DNA of 26,063 nt from Myxococcota bacterium (GTDB lineage: Bacteria > Myxococcota_A > UBA796 > GCA-2862545), in contig JBCCQY010000128.1 in the NCBI GenBank assembly GCA_039208735.1, forward strand, positions 1 through 26,063. Reading direction: 5' to 3'. The position numbers were made by a program, and so were the translations under genes. Positions 16,303-25,885 of this stretch are shown here, in pieces; within the stretch, counting starts at the first letter, position 1; the number at the start of each line of letters is the position of its first letter. The notes below the pieces were generated by a model that saw only the letters and a list, made by a program, of their open reading frames with translations, was not told the origin of the DNA and did not search any database.

Positions 16303-17081
16303 GTCCCCAACCGTTCGCGGGTCACGAGCAAGCGCTGCTGCGTGGTTCCCGTATCCGTCGTGTACTGCAGGGTGAACTCGACATCCGTGCCCTCAGGGCC
16401 CGTGATTCGTTCCACAAACTCTTCGATGCCCATCGCCGTCACCGACTCGCCTTCGACTTCAACGATGAGATCGCCAGGCTCAAGGCCCGCTCGGTCGGCG
16501 GGCGTGTCGGGCAGCACCGAGTCGACCCGCATGCCCTCGGTGGTCCCTCGAAACTGAACCCCCACGCCGCCGCGCGGCGGCTCGTCCATGGGCACGTCAA
16601 ACGACACGTCCGTGCCGGGGCGAATGTCGAGCGTGACGGGAACGCCACGGGCCACGAGCAGGCCATCCTTGCGCGCCGCCCGAACGATGCAGGGCCCAGG
16701 AGGCGCAAAGAACCCTTGCGGGGCCAATCCCGACATCCCGGGGCAGTCCACGGGCTCCACCCAGGCATCCGCGACACGCCGCCCTCGTGCATCACGGACC
16801 TCCACGCCAACCTCGACGGGGGGCTCCGGGTCGGGCTCCGGCGCTTCGTCGGCCTCAGGAGCGTCAGGAGCTGCGGGCGGCTCGGCCCGACGACGTACCC
16901 GACGAACCGGCCGTTCACGCGCGGGCGGCGCCTCAACGGCGGGATTCGTAACGGGATTCACCCGCTCCACGGGACGCACGCGGTTCGCACCTGGTCGCAT
17001 CAACGAAAGCAGCCCAATGCCGATCATGAGCCCGCCAAACATTGCGAACGAACGCAACTGAGCGCGCGAAGGGGTTGCCAT
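16299..17081 (-). CDS. Membrane-anchored PDZ domain protein
   Basis: N-terminal TM, Pro-rich linker, small beta-sandwich, then PDZ GGVGVQF...VLPDTPADRAGLEPGDLIVEVEG...ITGPEGTDV. Confidence 0.88.
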   Translation of the reverse strand: MATPSRAQLRSFAMFGGLMIGIGLLSLMRPGANRVRPVERVNPVTNPAVEAPPARERPVRRVRRRAEPPAAPDAPEADEAPEPDPEPPVEVGVEVRDARGRRVADAWVEPVDCPGMSGLAPQGFFAPPGPCIVRAARKDGLLVARGVPVTLDIRPGTDVSFDVPMDEPPRGGVGVQFRGTTEGMRVDSVLPDTPADRAGLEPGDLIVEVEGESVTAMGIEEFVERITGPEGTDVEFTLQYTTDTGTTQQRLLVTRERLGT

Positions 17082-17118
17082 CGGTCACCTCTCCGAGAGC
17101 CCAGCGTATCGTAGAGGA

Positions 17119-18780
17119 TCAGTAAGCGTCCTCGTGAACCGCTCGCACCGCCCGACCGCTCGGATCCGGAGTGTCGCGGAAGCTCTCGTCCCAGGCAAGT
17201 GCTGCCGCGGTGCTGCACGCGATGCCGTCCTCGTTGGGAACCGTCGCAGCGGCCGAGGGCAAGGGGAAGTGCTCTTCGAACCGCGACCGGTACACGTACG
17301 CTTCCTTTGTTTTCGGCGTACCGACAGGAAAACGCGAAGCGGCATCCCGGAGCTGCGCGTCGGTGACTTGAACGTCGGCCCACTCGCGAATGGCATCGAT
17401 CCAGCCGTACCCGACGCCGTCAGAGAACTGCTCTTTCTGCCGCCACAGGATGCGGTCGGGAATCCAACCTTGGAAGGCTTCGCGAAGGATCTCCTTTTCG
17501 ATTCCGCGCTTGCCGACCATCTTGTGCTTCGCCGGAATCGCCATGGCGTGATCGACGAATGCAGTGTCGAGAAAGGGCACTCGAGCCTCAACCCCCCACG
17601 CGGCCATCGCTTTATTGGCCCGCAGGCAGTCGTAGCGATGCAACCCGGCCAGCTTGTCGACCGTTTCATCGTGGAACGCCCGAGCGTTGGGGGCCTTGTG
17701 GAAGTAGAGGTAGCCCCCGAAGATCTCGTCGCTACCCTCACCGGAAAGCACCATCTTGATGCCCATCGCCCGGATGCGCCGGGCCATCAGATACATCGGC
17801 GTGCCGGCCCGAATCGTCGTCACATCGAAGGTTTCAAGGTGGTAGATCACATCCGCAATCGCGTCGAGGCCTTCCTGGATCGAGTAGGTGAAGCCATGGT
17901 GAACGGTGCCCAGGCCAGCGGCGACTTCGGCCGCCGCCGCGAGGTCGGGAGAGTCCGGCAAGCCGATCGAAAAGCTGTGCAAACGCGGCCACCACGCTTC
18001 ATCCTGGCCCCCCGACTCCACGCGACGACGCGCATACCGGGCCGCAATGGCGCTCACGACCGAGCTGTCGAGCCCTCCTGACAGCAGCACTCCGTAGGGC
18101 ACGTCGCTCATGAGGTGGCTGCGCACGCTGTCGACAAGCGCAGTACGGAGCGCGGCAGGGTTGCGGTCAGCGTCCGTGACCGCCTCGAAGTCCGTCCAGG
18201 ACCGCTCGAACCACGCCACGGGGGCTTCATCGCCACGCGCAAGCGCATGCCCAGGCGGAAACACCACCACAGACCGCGCCATGCCCACCAAGGCCTTCAG
18301 CTCCGAGGCCACGAGCAGGCCCCCTTGGTCGTCGCGCCCGAGGTAGAGCGGACAGATGCCGTAGGGGTCGCGCGCCACGAGGTACTCACCCGTCACCGTG
18401 TCGACGAGCACAAACGCGAACATGCCACGCAGGTGCTTGACCATCTCCCGCCCGTGCGCGGCGTAGAGCGGCAAAATCACCTCGGCGTCGCTCTCGGTCT
18501 GGTAGGGCCAGGCCGGGTGGGCCGCGCGCAGCTCCTGGTGGTTGTAGATTTCCCCGTTGACGGCAAGTACATACCGCCCGTCGGGGCTCACCAGGGGCTG
18601 TTCACCGCTCTTCGGATCCACGATGGCGAGTCGTTCGTGCGCCAACGCAAACCGGTCATCATCGAACGCGCCAGACCAATCTGGACCCCGGTGACGCTGG
18701 AGGCGACCACGCTGGACCACGGTGGCTCTTGCCTCGGCGGGCGGGCGCTGGTGGTCAATCCAGGCAAAGATGGCGCACAT
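17119..18780 (-). CDS. asnB: Asparagine synthase B (glutamine-hydrolysing)
   Basis: MC N-terminal nucleophile, HRGPDWSG, HERLAIVD, NGEIYN, LLSGGLDSS, SGEGSDEIFGGYLYF, RVPFLD, WRQKEQFSDGVGY. AGGAGG RBS. Confidence 0.98.
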   Translation of the reverse strand: MCAIFAWIDHQRPPAEARATVVQRGRLQRHRGPDWSGAFDDDRFALAHERLAIVDPKSGEQPLVSPDGRYVLAVNGEIYNHQELRAAHPAWPYQTESDAEVILPLYAAHGREMVKHLRGMFAFVLVDTVTGEYLVARDPYGICPLYLGRDDQGGLLVASELKALVGMARSVVVFPPGHALARGDEAPVAWFERSWTDFEAVTDADRNPAALRTALVDSVRSHLMSDVPYGVLLSGGLDSSVVSAIAARYARRRVESGGQDEAWWPRLHSFSIGLPDSPDLAAAAEVAAGLGTVHHGFTYSIQEGLDAIADVIYHLETFDVTTIRAGTPMYLMARRIRAMGIKMVLSGEGSDEIFGGYLYFHKAPNARAFHDETVDKLAGLHRYDCLRANKAMAAWGVEARVPFLDTAFVDHAMAIPAKHKMVGKRGIEKEILREAFQGWIPDRILWRQKEQFSDGVGYGWIDAIREWADVQVTDAQLRDAASRFPVGTPKTKEAYVYRSRFEEHFPLPSAAATVPNEDGIACSTAAALAWDESFRDTPDPSGRAVRAVHEDAY

Positions 18781-18840
18781 GAAACCTCCTGTCGTGCGAC
18801 AACGGCCCATCGGCCAACAAGTTGAACCCTGGACTGGCCA

Positions 18841-20085
18841 TTGACGACCCTTGCATCAACCTATGAACAGATTGCCCTTGGGCTCGCGTGCGTCATCACG
18901 GTTTTGGTCTGCATCGTTGCCGTACTGTCGATGATCGTCAGGCGAGTTGACCCACCGGCCCTTGCACTCCCCATGTTGATGGGGCTCTGCGTCCTCCCCT
19001 TTCTATTCCCTTTCAACGACCTACATAACGAGCCCGACAGACTGATTGAGACCGCAGCACTCGCGACGGCGGCGCTCACGGTGTTGGGAGGTTCGATCTG
19101 GGCGTCGCTCGCGCTGGTGACCCGCGGACCCCCTGGTCTGTCGCCAGACGCGCCCCCCACGCCGAAGGGCTTCAGCAGCTTTGGCGCCCAGCTCGGGGGC
19201 ATCCTCATCGCCACCCTATTTGTGATGGGGTTCTTCTTTCAAAACGACCCAGAGAGCATGTGTCTCGCGACGGTGTGGTTCATCCAAGTGCCGTATGCCT
19301 TGCTGGCCACGCGGCCCGGCGCACGCACTGCCCGCATGCGTTTCCGCCTCGGAGTTCTGCTGATGGGGGCCGCCCTGGTGGTGGGAGCGCTTAGCCTCGC
19401 CGTCAACATCGTGCCGGTCATCTTCTTTGGGCAGGGCGCCCTCTTGGCCTTTGCATCTCCAGCAGACGACTGGGTGCGAGCCCGCCGCCGCTCTCATGCA
19501 GTGGGCATCGTAGTCATCGCCCTCGTCGTAGGCGGGGCATACCAGGTCACCAAAGCGCTGGTTGACCAACGTCTGATCCGCTACACGGCGCACATCGACG
19601 CTCCCGTGCCGATCGCAAACCCTGATCTCCCGATGATGAACAAGAGAATCAACCGTCTCACCCCCGCCGAATACGCAGAGATGGACCTGCAGGTGTTGGC
19701 ACCCGACGACCCCATTCCGTGGGACCCAACCATCGGCTCGGTCGCGTGGTTTGGTCGTACCCCGGCCGGACAACCCCGAGTCGCCGCCCTCCACCGCGGA
19801 GATACCGCCCAACGCTGGTTCACCTGGTTCCAGTTCGGCCAGGCGGTGCTCCTGGAGCACGCCCCCAACAAGCCAGGACATTACGTGCTTAACGGTACAG
19901 ATGGCCTCCTGCGGATGGAAGAGGTCATCGACACCCTTGACAACGCGGACAACTGGCGCAATCCGGCCATCAACATGGATAACAGCTGGACCGCTGGCGA
20001 GTTGTTTGACCTTTGCGCGACGTTTGGCTGCCGCGCCGACACGCAGTTCGCCTCTTCTTGGGACGAGGCGGCGGATTTGCATTGA
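18841..20085 (+). CDS. Hypothetical multi-pass membrane protein with a soluble C-terminal domain (paralog 1)
   Basis: About 7-8 hydrophobic segments followed by a soluble domain ending WTAGELFDLC. Shares motifs with the next gene. The start is uncertain (TTG). Confidence 0.75.
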   Translation: MTTLASTYEQIALGLACVITVLVCIVAVLSMIVRRVDPPALALPMLMGLCVLPFLFPFNDLHNEPDRLIETAALATAALTVLGGSIWASLALVTRGPPGLSPDAPPTPKGFSSFGAQLGGILIATLFVMGFFFQNDPESMCLATVWFIQVPYALLATRPGARTARMRFRLGVLLMGAALVVGALSLAVNIVPVIFFGQGALLAFASPADDWVRARRRSHAVGIVVIALVVGGAYQVTKALVDQRLIRYTAHIDAPVPIANPDLPMMNKRINRLTPAEYAEMDLQVLAPDDPIPWDPTIGSVAWFGRTPAGQPRVAALHRGDTAQRWFTWFQFGQAVLLEHAPNKPGHYVLNGTDGLLRMEEVIDTLDNADNWRNPAINMDNSWTAGELFDLCATFGCRADTQFASSWDEAADLH

Positions 20086-21398
20086 ATCCCCAAGTGGCCC
20101 AACTGCTGTTTGACCCCGTCGTTTGGCTCGGCGGGAGTTTCTTGCTCACGCTTCTCGTCGCGCCATTCTGGATTGTCGTGCGACGGCGCCATCCCGAACT
20201 GCAGACCGTGCTGGGCACCTTGGCCGCGTTTGCAGGAATGCTCGGGTTCTTGTTCTGGGGCGCGGGGCCCGATGTCGCACTGCTCCGCGCGACCCAGCTC
20301 TGGTGCATCGGCTCAATCACCATGGGGTTTGGTTGGGCGTTCTTGGCCACGGTGACACGCCCGCCCTCCGAGGAGTTGCCGAACCATCCTCCTCGCCCTC
20401 GCGGATTGGCGAGTGGCCCCGCACTTCTTTTGGCCATCGCGATCGTGTGCCTTGTGAAGCCAATCTTCGACGATCGAGCGTGGCGATTGAGTCCGCAAAC
20501 GGGCTTCCCTTGTCTGGCACTTGTCCAGGTGCCGTTGGCCTTGCTCGCCTTCCGATCCGGAGCCCGTGCGGCACGCGTCCGCTTTGGGTCAGGCCTCCTG
20601 TCGACGTCCGGTGGCCTCGCAGGAATCCTGCTGTTGATTTGGGAACGGAGTGTTCACGTGCCAGGCTACTTCTATGAAGCTGGCTTTTGCGTCATTCACG
20701 GCTGGCTTGGAGGGCTGGCTGGCTCCCGTACCCTTCCCGCTCTGAATCGCGCGCGATGGCCCCTTACCATCGGCATCGCCCTCATCGCGACGGTGGCTGG
20801 CAAGGCGTACCCTGAATTGCATCGAGCCACCGAGCGGCGTTTGCGGCGGCAAGTCGATCGGTTGGGCCCAGACGCCCTTCCTACCGCAGAGGGGTATCTC
20901 TACGAGACTTGGCCGATGAGACGGGCTCGACTCGGCAAGGGATCCGGAGATCGGGACCCGTCGGGCCGAAAGGGCATCGTCGTGCGCGCGTTGGCCCCCA
21001 ATGACCGGTTAACCAAACCGCCTCGGCACCCCGGATTCTTCAACTGGGCGGGTCGGCTTTCGACCGGAGAAGCACGAGTGGCCACCTTGAGCAGGTCCGT
21101 CCAAACGTCCCCACGTTGGGTGGTGGTCACCGAAACGGTGGGGCTGCGTCGGGTGTCCCAAGCCAAGGGTCCGACCCTGTACCAGCTTCACGGTCTTGAG
21201 CCGCCACTCACGCTCGAGGCGACCCTGGATTTTCTACAGGCGAACCGACCGACCAATCTTTTGTTCCTCGGCTTGGGGCTCGAGGCCGACGACCCCTGGA
21301 CGGCCCAGGAACTCTTTGCGTTGTGCGCCCAGTATCGCTGCACTTACGATCGCCACCGTTCCCATTCGTGGGACACCGAAGTGGCGCGGCGGCCTTAA
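20082..21398 (+). CDS. Hypothetical multi-pass membrane protein with a soluble C-terminal domain (paralog 2)
   Basis: TTG20082 overlaps the upstream TGA (TTGA). Same architecture, ending WTAQELFALC. Confidence 0.75.
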   Translation: MNPQVAQLLFDPVVWLGGSFLLTLLVAPFWIVVRRRHPELQTVLGTLAAFAGMLGFLFWGAGPDVALLRATQLWCIGSITMGFGWAFLATVTRPPSEELPNHPPRPRGLASGPALLLAIAIVCLVKPIFDDRAWRLSPQTGFPCLALVQVPLALLAFRSGARAARVRFGSGLLSTSGGLAGILLLIWERSVHVPGYFYEAGFCVIHGWLGGLAGSRTLPALNRARWPLTIGIALIATVAGKAYPELHRATERRLRRQVDRLGPDALPTAEGYLYETWPMRRARLGKGSGDRDPSGRKGIVVRALAPNDRLTKPPRHPGFFNWAGRLSTGEARVATLSRSVQTSPRWVVVTETVGLRRVSQAKGPTLYQLHGLEPPLTLEATLDFLQANRPTNLLFLGLGLEADDPWTAQELFALCAQYRCTYDRHRSHSWDTEVARRP

Positions 21399-22171
21399 CC
21401 GTGCTTGCGGGCGTGCCCCGCGAGCGTCGACTCCACTCCGTTCAGTGCGTTGAGCACACGCTCCTCGAACGCACCCTCGGCAGGAGCCTGCCAAATCCCA
21501 AGGTGCGCCGTGGCCATGGTGGTGGTGTCTCGCCAACGCGTGGCGATGTCCTGTGCCCAGGTTCGAAAGGCCGCTGCCGCCCCAGCTTTTCGCAGCAGTG
21601 CCGTTCCGAGCGTCGGGTGGAAGGCAAACACATCGTTCCAGCCAAACATCCGGACGACGCCGGGCAACTGGGCGTAGCTTAGCGTGTCGTCGACGTGCAC
21701 CGTCCGCGATGCGCGGTGTCGCGCGAGGACCGACGAAAAGTGGATGTTTTCATTGTCCGAAATGAAGTCGACCCCCGCCGGCACGGAAAACTCGAAATCC
21801 TCGGCGAACGACGCGTGAAGCGCAGGATCATCGGTCGTAAGCGTCTGCCAGGGGAGGTCGGGGGCTTTCTTCGCGTGCCGGACGGTGCCGTACAACTTTG
21901 CATTTGGAAACTGGGCATGCACCCGCTTGCAGTGGACGGTGTGAAACGGATGCAGGTTCAGGATGGCGTCGAGCAGCGCACCGTCTTCCGTCAACGCGGC
22001 CACCTGGGCTTCGACGTCATCCTTCAGGGTGTAGGAATCGAGCATGACGAAGCGCCCGTCTGCCTTACGGACAAGGGCGGCGTGCGTCCCGATATCGAGC
22101 AGCCCGCCGATCTTGAACGACCCCCGAATGCTGTAGAAGTCGTCAGAAATCTGTTCGATGCGGTCGGCCAT
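21395..22171 (-). CDS. Metallo-beta-lactamase-fold-like hypothetical protein (DUF4336-related)
   Basis: GAGGA RBS before ATG22171. His-rich NLHPFHTVH, HVDDTL and a terminal AH match MBL-like ligand spacing, but the canonical HxHxDH is absent. Confidence 0.65.
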   Translation of the reverse strand: MADRIEQISDDFYSIRGSFKIGGLLDIGTHAALVRKADGRFVMLDSYTLKDDVEAQVAALTEDGALLDAILNLHPFHTVHCKRVHAQFPNAKLYGTVRHAKKAPDLPWQTLTTDDPALHASFAEDFEFSVPAGVDFISDNENIHFSSVLARHRASRTVHVDDTLSYAQLPGVVRMFGWNDVFAFHPTLGTALLRKAGAAAAFRTWAQDIATRWRDTTTMATAHLGIWQAPAEGAFEERVLNALNGVESTLAGHARKHG

Positions 22172-22197
22172 CGCTTCCTCCGACCGCCTCGTAGCAA

Positions 22198-25100
22198 TCA
22201 GGGATTGCAGTGGTCGAGGCCGAGGTCGGACCCGTCGTTCGACGTCGCGGTAGCCGTCCACTCGAGCGAGGGATCGAAGGCATCGGAGCCGTCGTCATCG
22301 CCCATGGTGACCGAGCAGTTTCGGCGAAGCACCGAGTTCTGGGTGCTAACTCCACCGTTACTCCAGGCTGAACCCGGATCTTCGCCGATACGACCGATGA
22401 CGTCTTCGGTCACTCCGTTGCACAGCAACTCGATCGCATCGTCGCCGTTGAACGAAAGGTCGACCGACTGGTCACAGACCCCGCCCAGCGTCACCGTGAT
22501 GGGGTTCTGATTGGCCGGACAAACGAGGAACACCTCGCCTGGGGCAAGCATCACGGAACTCAGCGTGAAGGTCTGCCCCCCGTTCGGCGTGCTGTTGCCG
22601 TTGGTGTAGGGCTGAACCTCACAGTTGCCAAGATCGACGTCGGCGCCCGAGAGGTTTTTGATTTCGAGGAACTTGTGGTTTCCGAGCGAGTCCGCCTCGA
22701 AGTACTCCCAAAACGCAATTCCGCTGCCCACTGGCGCATTGGAGACGTCCACCGTGGCACTCAGGCCATCCACGGTCACCAGGAAGGTGCCCACGTCGAT
22801 TGAGGTCACATCGATGTCGACGATCGTATCTCCGGCCGGAACGGTGACCTGACCGGGCACCGTGATGCCCGGGTCGCCCGTCACGACGAGGTCCAACCCG
22901 CCGGCCGGGGCAGGAAGGTCGATCGTGGCCGTCAAGATGCCACTGTTGCCTGGTTGCAAGTTGAGCACCGCGGGCATCAGCTCGATGACCTGACGTGGCG
23001 TGGTGTCGTCGTACACGCTCACATCGGCGATGGCTTGTGTTGTGCCGAGGCTTGCGGTGACCGTCGCCATGCCGTTGGCCAGTCCGTCGATGACAAAATC
23101 AGCTGAGGACTGCCCCGCAAGCACATCTACGCTGGCGGGACATCCGATGGTGCCAGCCGGCGCGCAGGTCAGCTGCACCGTCTCGACCTGGGCCGCGGGG
23201 AAGCGAAGGTTCACCGTGAGCGTGGCCATCGCACCCACTTCGACCGTGACGTCTCCGGGGGTCAGCCCATCAATCTCGTTGAACCCAAAGAGCAAATCAA
23301 ACTCGCCCCTCGGCTCGAGCTTCGATGCGTTGTTGGCAAACCGCAAGACCCCGGTGACGGCATCGAAGGTATCGCCCACGGCGGGGTTCAAGTCGTAGAA
23401 GAAGTCACCGACGCGAAGCAGACCGTTGAGTTCGCTTTCGCCGGAGGGATCGCTGTCGCCGGGACCGGCCGGCAGATCGAGGGCCGTGACTTCAACATTC
23501 TGCACGGTGACCAGTGCGGCCTCGAGCTCGTCAGCACGGCCGCCCTGGGTGCGGACCTCATCCGGGGTGGCGACGGTCGAATCGGGGAGGGCGACGCCCA
23601 TTGCGACGACCTGCACATCCACGAGGTTCGACAGCTGGATCTGGCCAAAGAAGTCCTGCACGGGAGCGGTGATGGTCACCACATCGCCCACGGCGACCTG
23701 GTCGGCGAAATCTGGACTAAAGGTGTAGATCCCTGAATAATCGACGCCGTTGTAGGTGGGCGACGTGGGGTCAAGCTGCGCAAACCAGCTCGTTCCGGGA
23801 CGAACCGCGGTCACGATGAGGTCTTCGACAACCACCAAATCACCCGTCCATAGGCCTTGTTTGACGTCGTACACCGTGGCGAGACAGGCCCCTTCGGGTG
23901 ACGCAAAGTCGTCGCAGGGGTCGCAAGCGGCTCCGATGCCGTCATTGTCGGCGTCTTCCTGGGTCGGATTCTTGTCACGGGGGCAGTTGTCGTCAAGGTC
24001 GAGAATGCCGTCGCCATCCACATCACCCACCGGACAGTCCGTGCCTTCCTCCAACGGGCAGACGTCACACGCGTCGCCCTCACCATCCCCATCCACGTCG
24101 GGCTGAATCCAGCCGTCAAGAGGACGCCGGGGATTGAAGACGGTGGGGCAATTGTCGACATCGTCATCCTCGCCGTCCAGATCCTGATCCATCATGGACG
24201 AGGTGGGGTAGATCACCCCGTCCCCGTCTTCGTTGTCGCGGAACGGTTCGCAGCTCGGCTCGTCAGCTGGCGCCTCGCAGATTTCTACCGGGTAGGCCTG
24301 TGACGGCGCGGCGGCGTTGATCTGGGCCAGGCTGAAGCGGTCGAGGCAAGCCACGTGGTCGCTTAGGCAGTCCGACAGGTCGTCGCAGGCATCGAAGCTC
24401 GCACTGTCGAGCAGGCCCGCGATGGTGGTGCGTTCTCCGGTCATTGGACGGCCCCCCCGGAACACCAGTGCCACGTCATCGATGCCCGCCCCCACGACTG
24501 CGTGATGCAACGCGCGCCCGTCGTTCGCAAACACCGCCACGTCGGCCACCGTTCCGACGGCCAGACGCCCGAGCTGGTCTTCGACGCCCATCGCAATCGC
24601 CCCGTTGCGGGTGACCATCCGCCACAGATCAAAGTCGGAGAAGTAGGCGCCGAGGTGTTCGCGATTGAAGTCATCGGCGCACTGCAGCTCGCGCAGGACC
24701 GTGGTCGAGCCACTCGGCACCCAGTCCGTGCCCAGCGCGATGGGCACCCCAAAGCGGTCGTAGGTCACGACAGCGGCCGTGTCGCCGTACAGCGAGAGGT
24801 TCGACCGGGGCGACCACACCAAGTGCGCTCCCCGCGACGCCGCAAAGGCGATGTCTTCGGCGGTCAGCGCAATGCCGTGGACGATCGATGTGTTGTCCTG
24901 GATGTAGTCGACAGACTGGGCGCCTTCGCCGGAAAGGCACGCAAACTCGTTGCGGGCTTCCGGGTCGATGCCTTCCGCGATGTGAGGCAGGTAGATCTCG
25001 CGGTTCAGGACGTTCGAGCTTTCAGGGTTGTACGAACCGCATCCCGAGTCTTCAAGCACGGGAAAACCAGCATCGCCGAGAGGGAACGTCGAATAGTCGA

Positions 25101-25800
25101 CGTTACCGGGATTCAGCCCCTCGTTGTAGTTGGCATTGTCGAGGTTTCGCATGAGCCCCGAAGCGTTCACACTCGAGATCGAGCCCGCGATGGAGGTCGC
25201 ACCACCCAACATCATGCGCAGTTCGCCAAGGAGCGTGATCTCAGGCTGGTTCGACGAACTGGTGTTGAGTTCGTCGTGCCCCCGGGTTCCGCGACGCCAA
25301 TCGTGCCGGTGATCGAACCGCTCGTCACCGTGTGACTTCACCGTCTCGCCCGCATAGCGAATGTGGTCGTGGGCATTGATGAGCCCAGGCGAAAGTACCG
25401 CATCGGGGCAGCTCACCACCAGCGCATCAGCTTCAGAACAGTCACAGCCCACGCACTCGATCGTCGCATTCGTCTGATTCAACGCAAACCGAATCTCCCC
25501 GGAAACGAAGACGTCGGGATCCCCAAGCACATCCCCTTGCAGGACGACCGAGGTGGCGGTCGCGGGATCACCGGTCACGGTGCAGGTTTCGCCCGCCGGC
25601 GGCTCCGCCAGGGTGCGCGCGCAATCCGTAATCTCGAACGGATCGGGTTGTTGCGTGGGTGGAGGCGGAGGAGTGGGCGGCATGCCCGTGTCTAAAGGGT
25701 CACCGGTTTCTTCTGGCGGTACGGGGACTTCGTCGCCTCCATCACCACCACAACCAACGCCCGCTAAGAGCAGCAGGCAAGGGAACAATCGCACAGCCAC
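22198..25800 (-). CDS. Lipoprotein: amidohydrolase/deaminase + thrombospondin type 3 repeats + OB-folds + Ig-like + lamin-tail domain
   Basis: Lipobox-like GVGC; PGLINAHDH, HIAEG, IVHG, LGTDW; DNCP/DxDGDG/GDACD repeats; YSGIYTF...VGDVVT and VTGVLRF....KLEPR OB-folds; EYFE...KFLEIKN...FNGDDAIEL...DVIG LTD. Confidence 0.9.
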   Translation of the reverse strand: MAVRLFPCLLLLAGVGCGGDGGDEVPVPPEETGDPLDTGMPPTPPPPPTQQPDPFEITDCARTLAEPPAGETCTVTGDPATATSVVLQGDVLGDPDVFVSGEIRFALNQTNATIECVGCDCSEADALVVSCPDAVLSPGLINAHDHIRYAGETVKSHGDERFDHRHDWRRGTRGHDELNTSSSNQPEITLLGELRMMLGGATSIAGSISSVNASGLMRNLDNANYNEGLNPGNVDYSTFPLGDAGFPVLEDSGCGSYNPESSNVLNREIYLPHIAEGIDPEARNEFACLSGEGAQSVDYIQDNTSIVHGIALTAEDIAFAASRGAHLVWSPRSNLSLYGDTAAVVTYDRFGVPIALGTDWVPSGSTTVLRELQCADDFNREHLGAYFSDFDLWRMVTRNGAIAMGVEDQLGRLAVGTVADVAVFANDGRALHHAVVGAGIDDVALVFRGGRPMTGERTTIAGLLDSASFDACDDLSDCLSDHVACLDRFSLAQINAAAPSQAYPVEICEAPADEPSCEPFRDNEDGDGVIYPTSSMMDQDLDGEDDDVDNCPTVFNPRRPLDGWIQPDVDGDGEGDACDVCPLEEGTDCPVGDVDGDGILDLDDNCPRDKNPTQEDADNDGIGAACDPCDDFASPEGACLATVYDVKQGLWTGDLVVVEDLIVTAVRPGTSWFAQLDPTSPTYNGVDYSGIYTFSPDFADQVAVGDVVTITAPVQDFFGQIQLSNLVDVQVVAMGVALPDSTVATPDEVRTQGGRADELEAALVTVQNVEVTALDLPAGPGDSDPSGESELNGLLRVGDFFYDLNPAVGDTFDAVTGVLRFANNASKLEPRGEFDLLFGFNEIDGLTPGDVTVEVGAMATLTVNLRFPAAQVETVQLTCAPAGTIGCPASVDVLAGQSSADFVIDGLANGMATVTASLGTTQAIADVSVYDDTTPRQVIELMPAVLNLQPGNSGILTATIDLPAPAGGLDLVVTGDPGITVPGQVTVPAGDTIVDIDVTSIDVGTFLVTVDGLSATVDVSNAPVGSGIAFWEYFEADSLGNHKFLEIKNLSGADVDLGNCEVQPYTNGNSTPNGGQTFTLSSVMLAPGEVFLVCPANQNPITVTLGGVCDQSVDLSFNGDDAIELLCNGVTEDVIGRIGEDPGSAWSNGGVSTQNSVLRRNCSVTMGDDDGSDAFDPSLEWTATATSNDGSDLGLDHCNP
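23930..24200 (-). repeat. Thrombospondin type 3 Ca-binding repeats within the large lipoprotein
   Basis: DQDLDGEDDDVDNCP, DVDGDGEGDACDVCP, DVDGDGILDLDDNCP, DADNDGIGAACDPC. Boundaries are approximate. Confidence 0.85.
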
Positions 25801-25885
25801 CTCACAAAGGGCCGCAATCTAACGGCGAGATCGTGAGACGTCGGATGCGATTCACCTGGGTGTCACAGACGGGGCTCGCCGCGCC

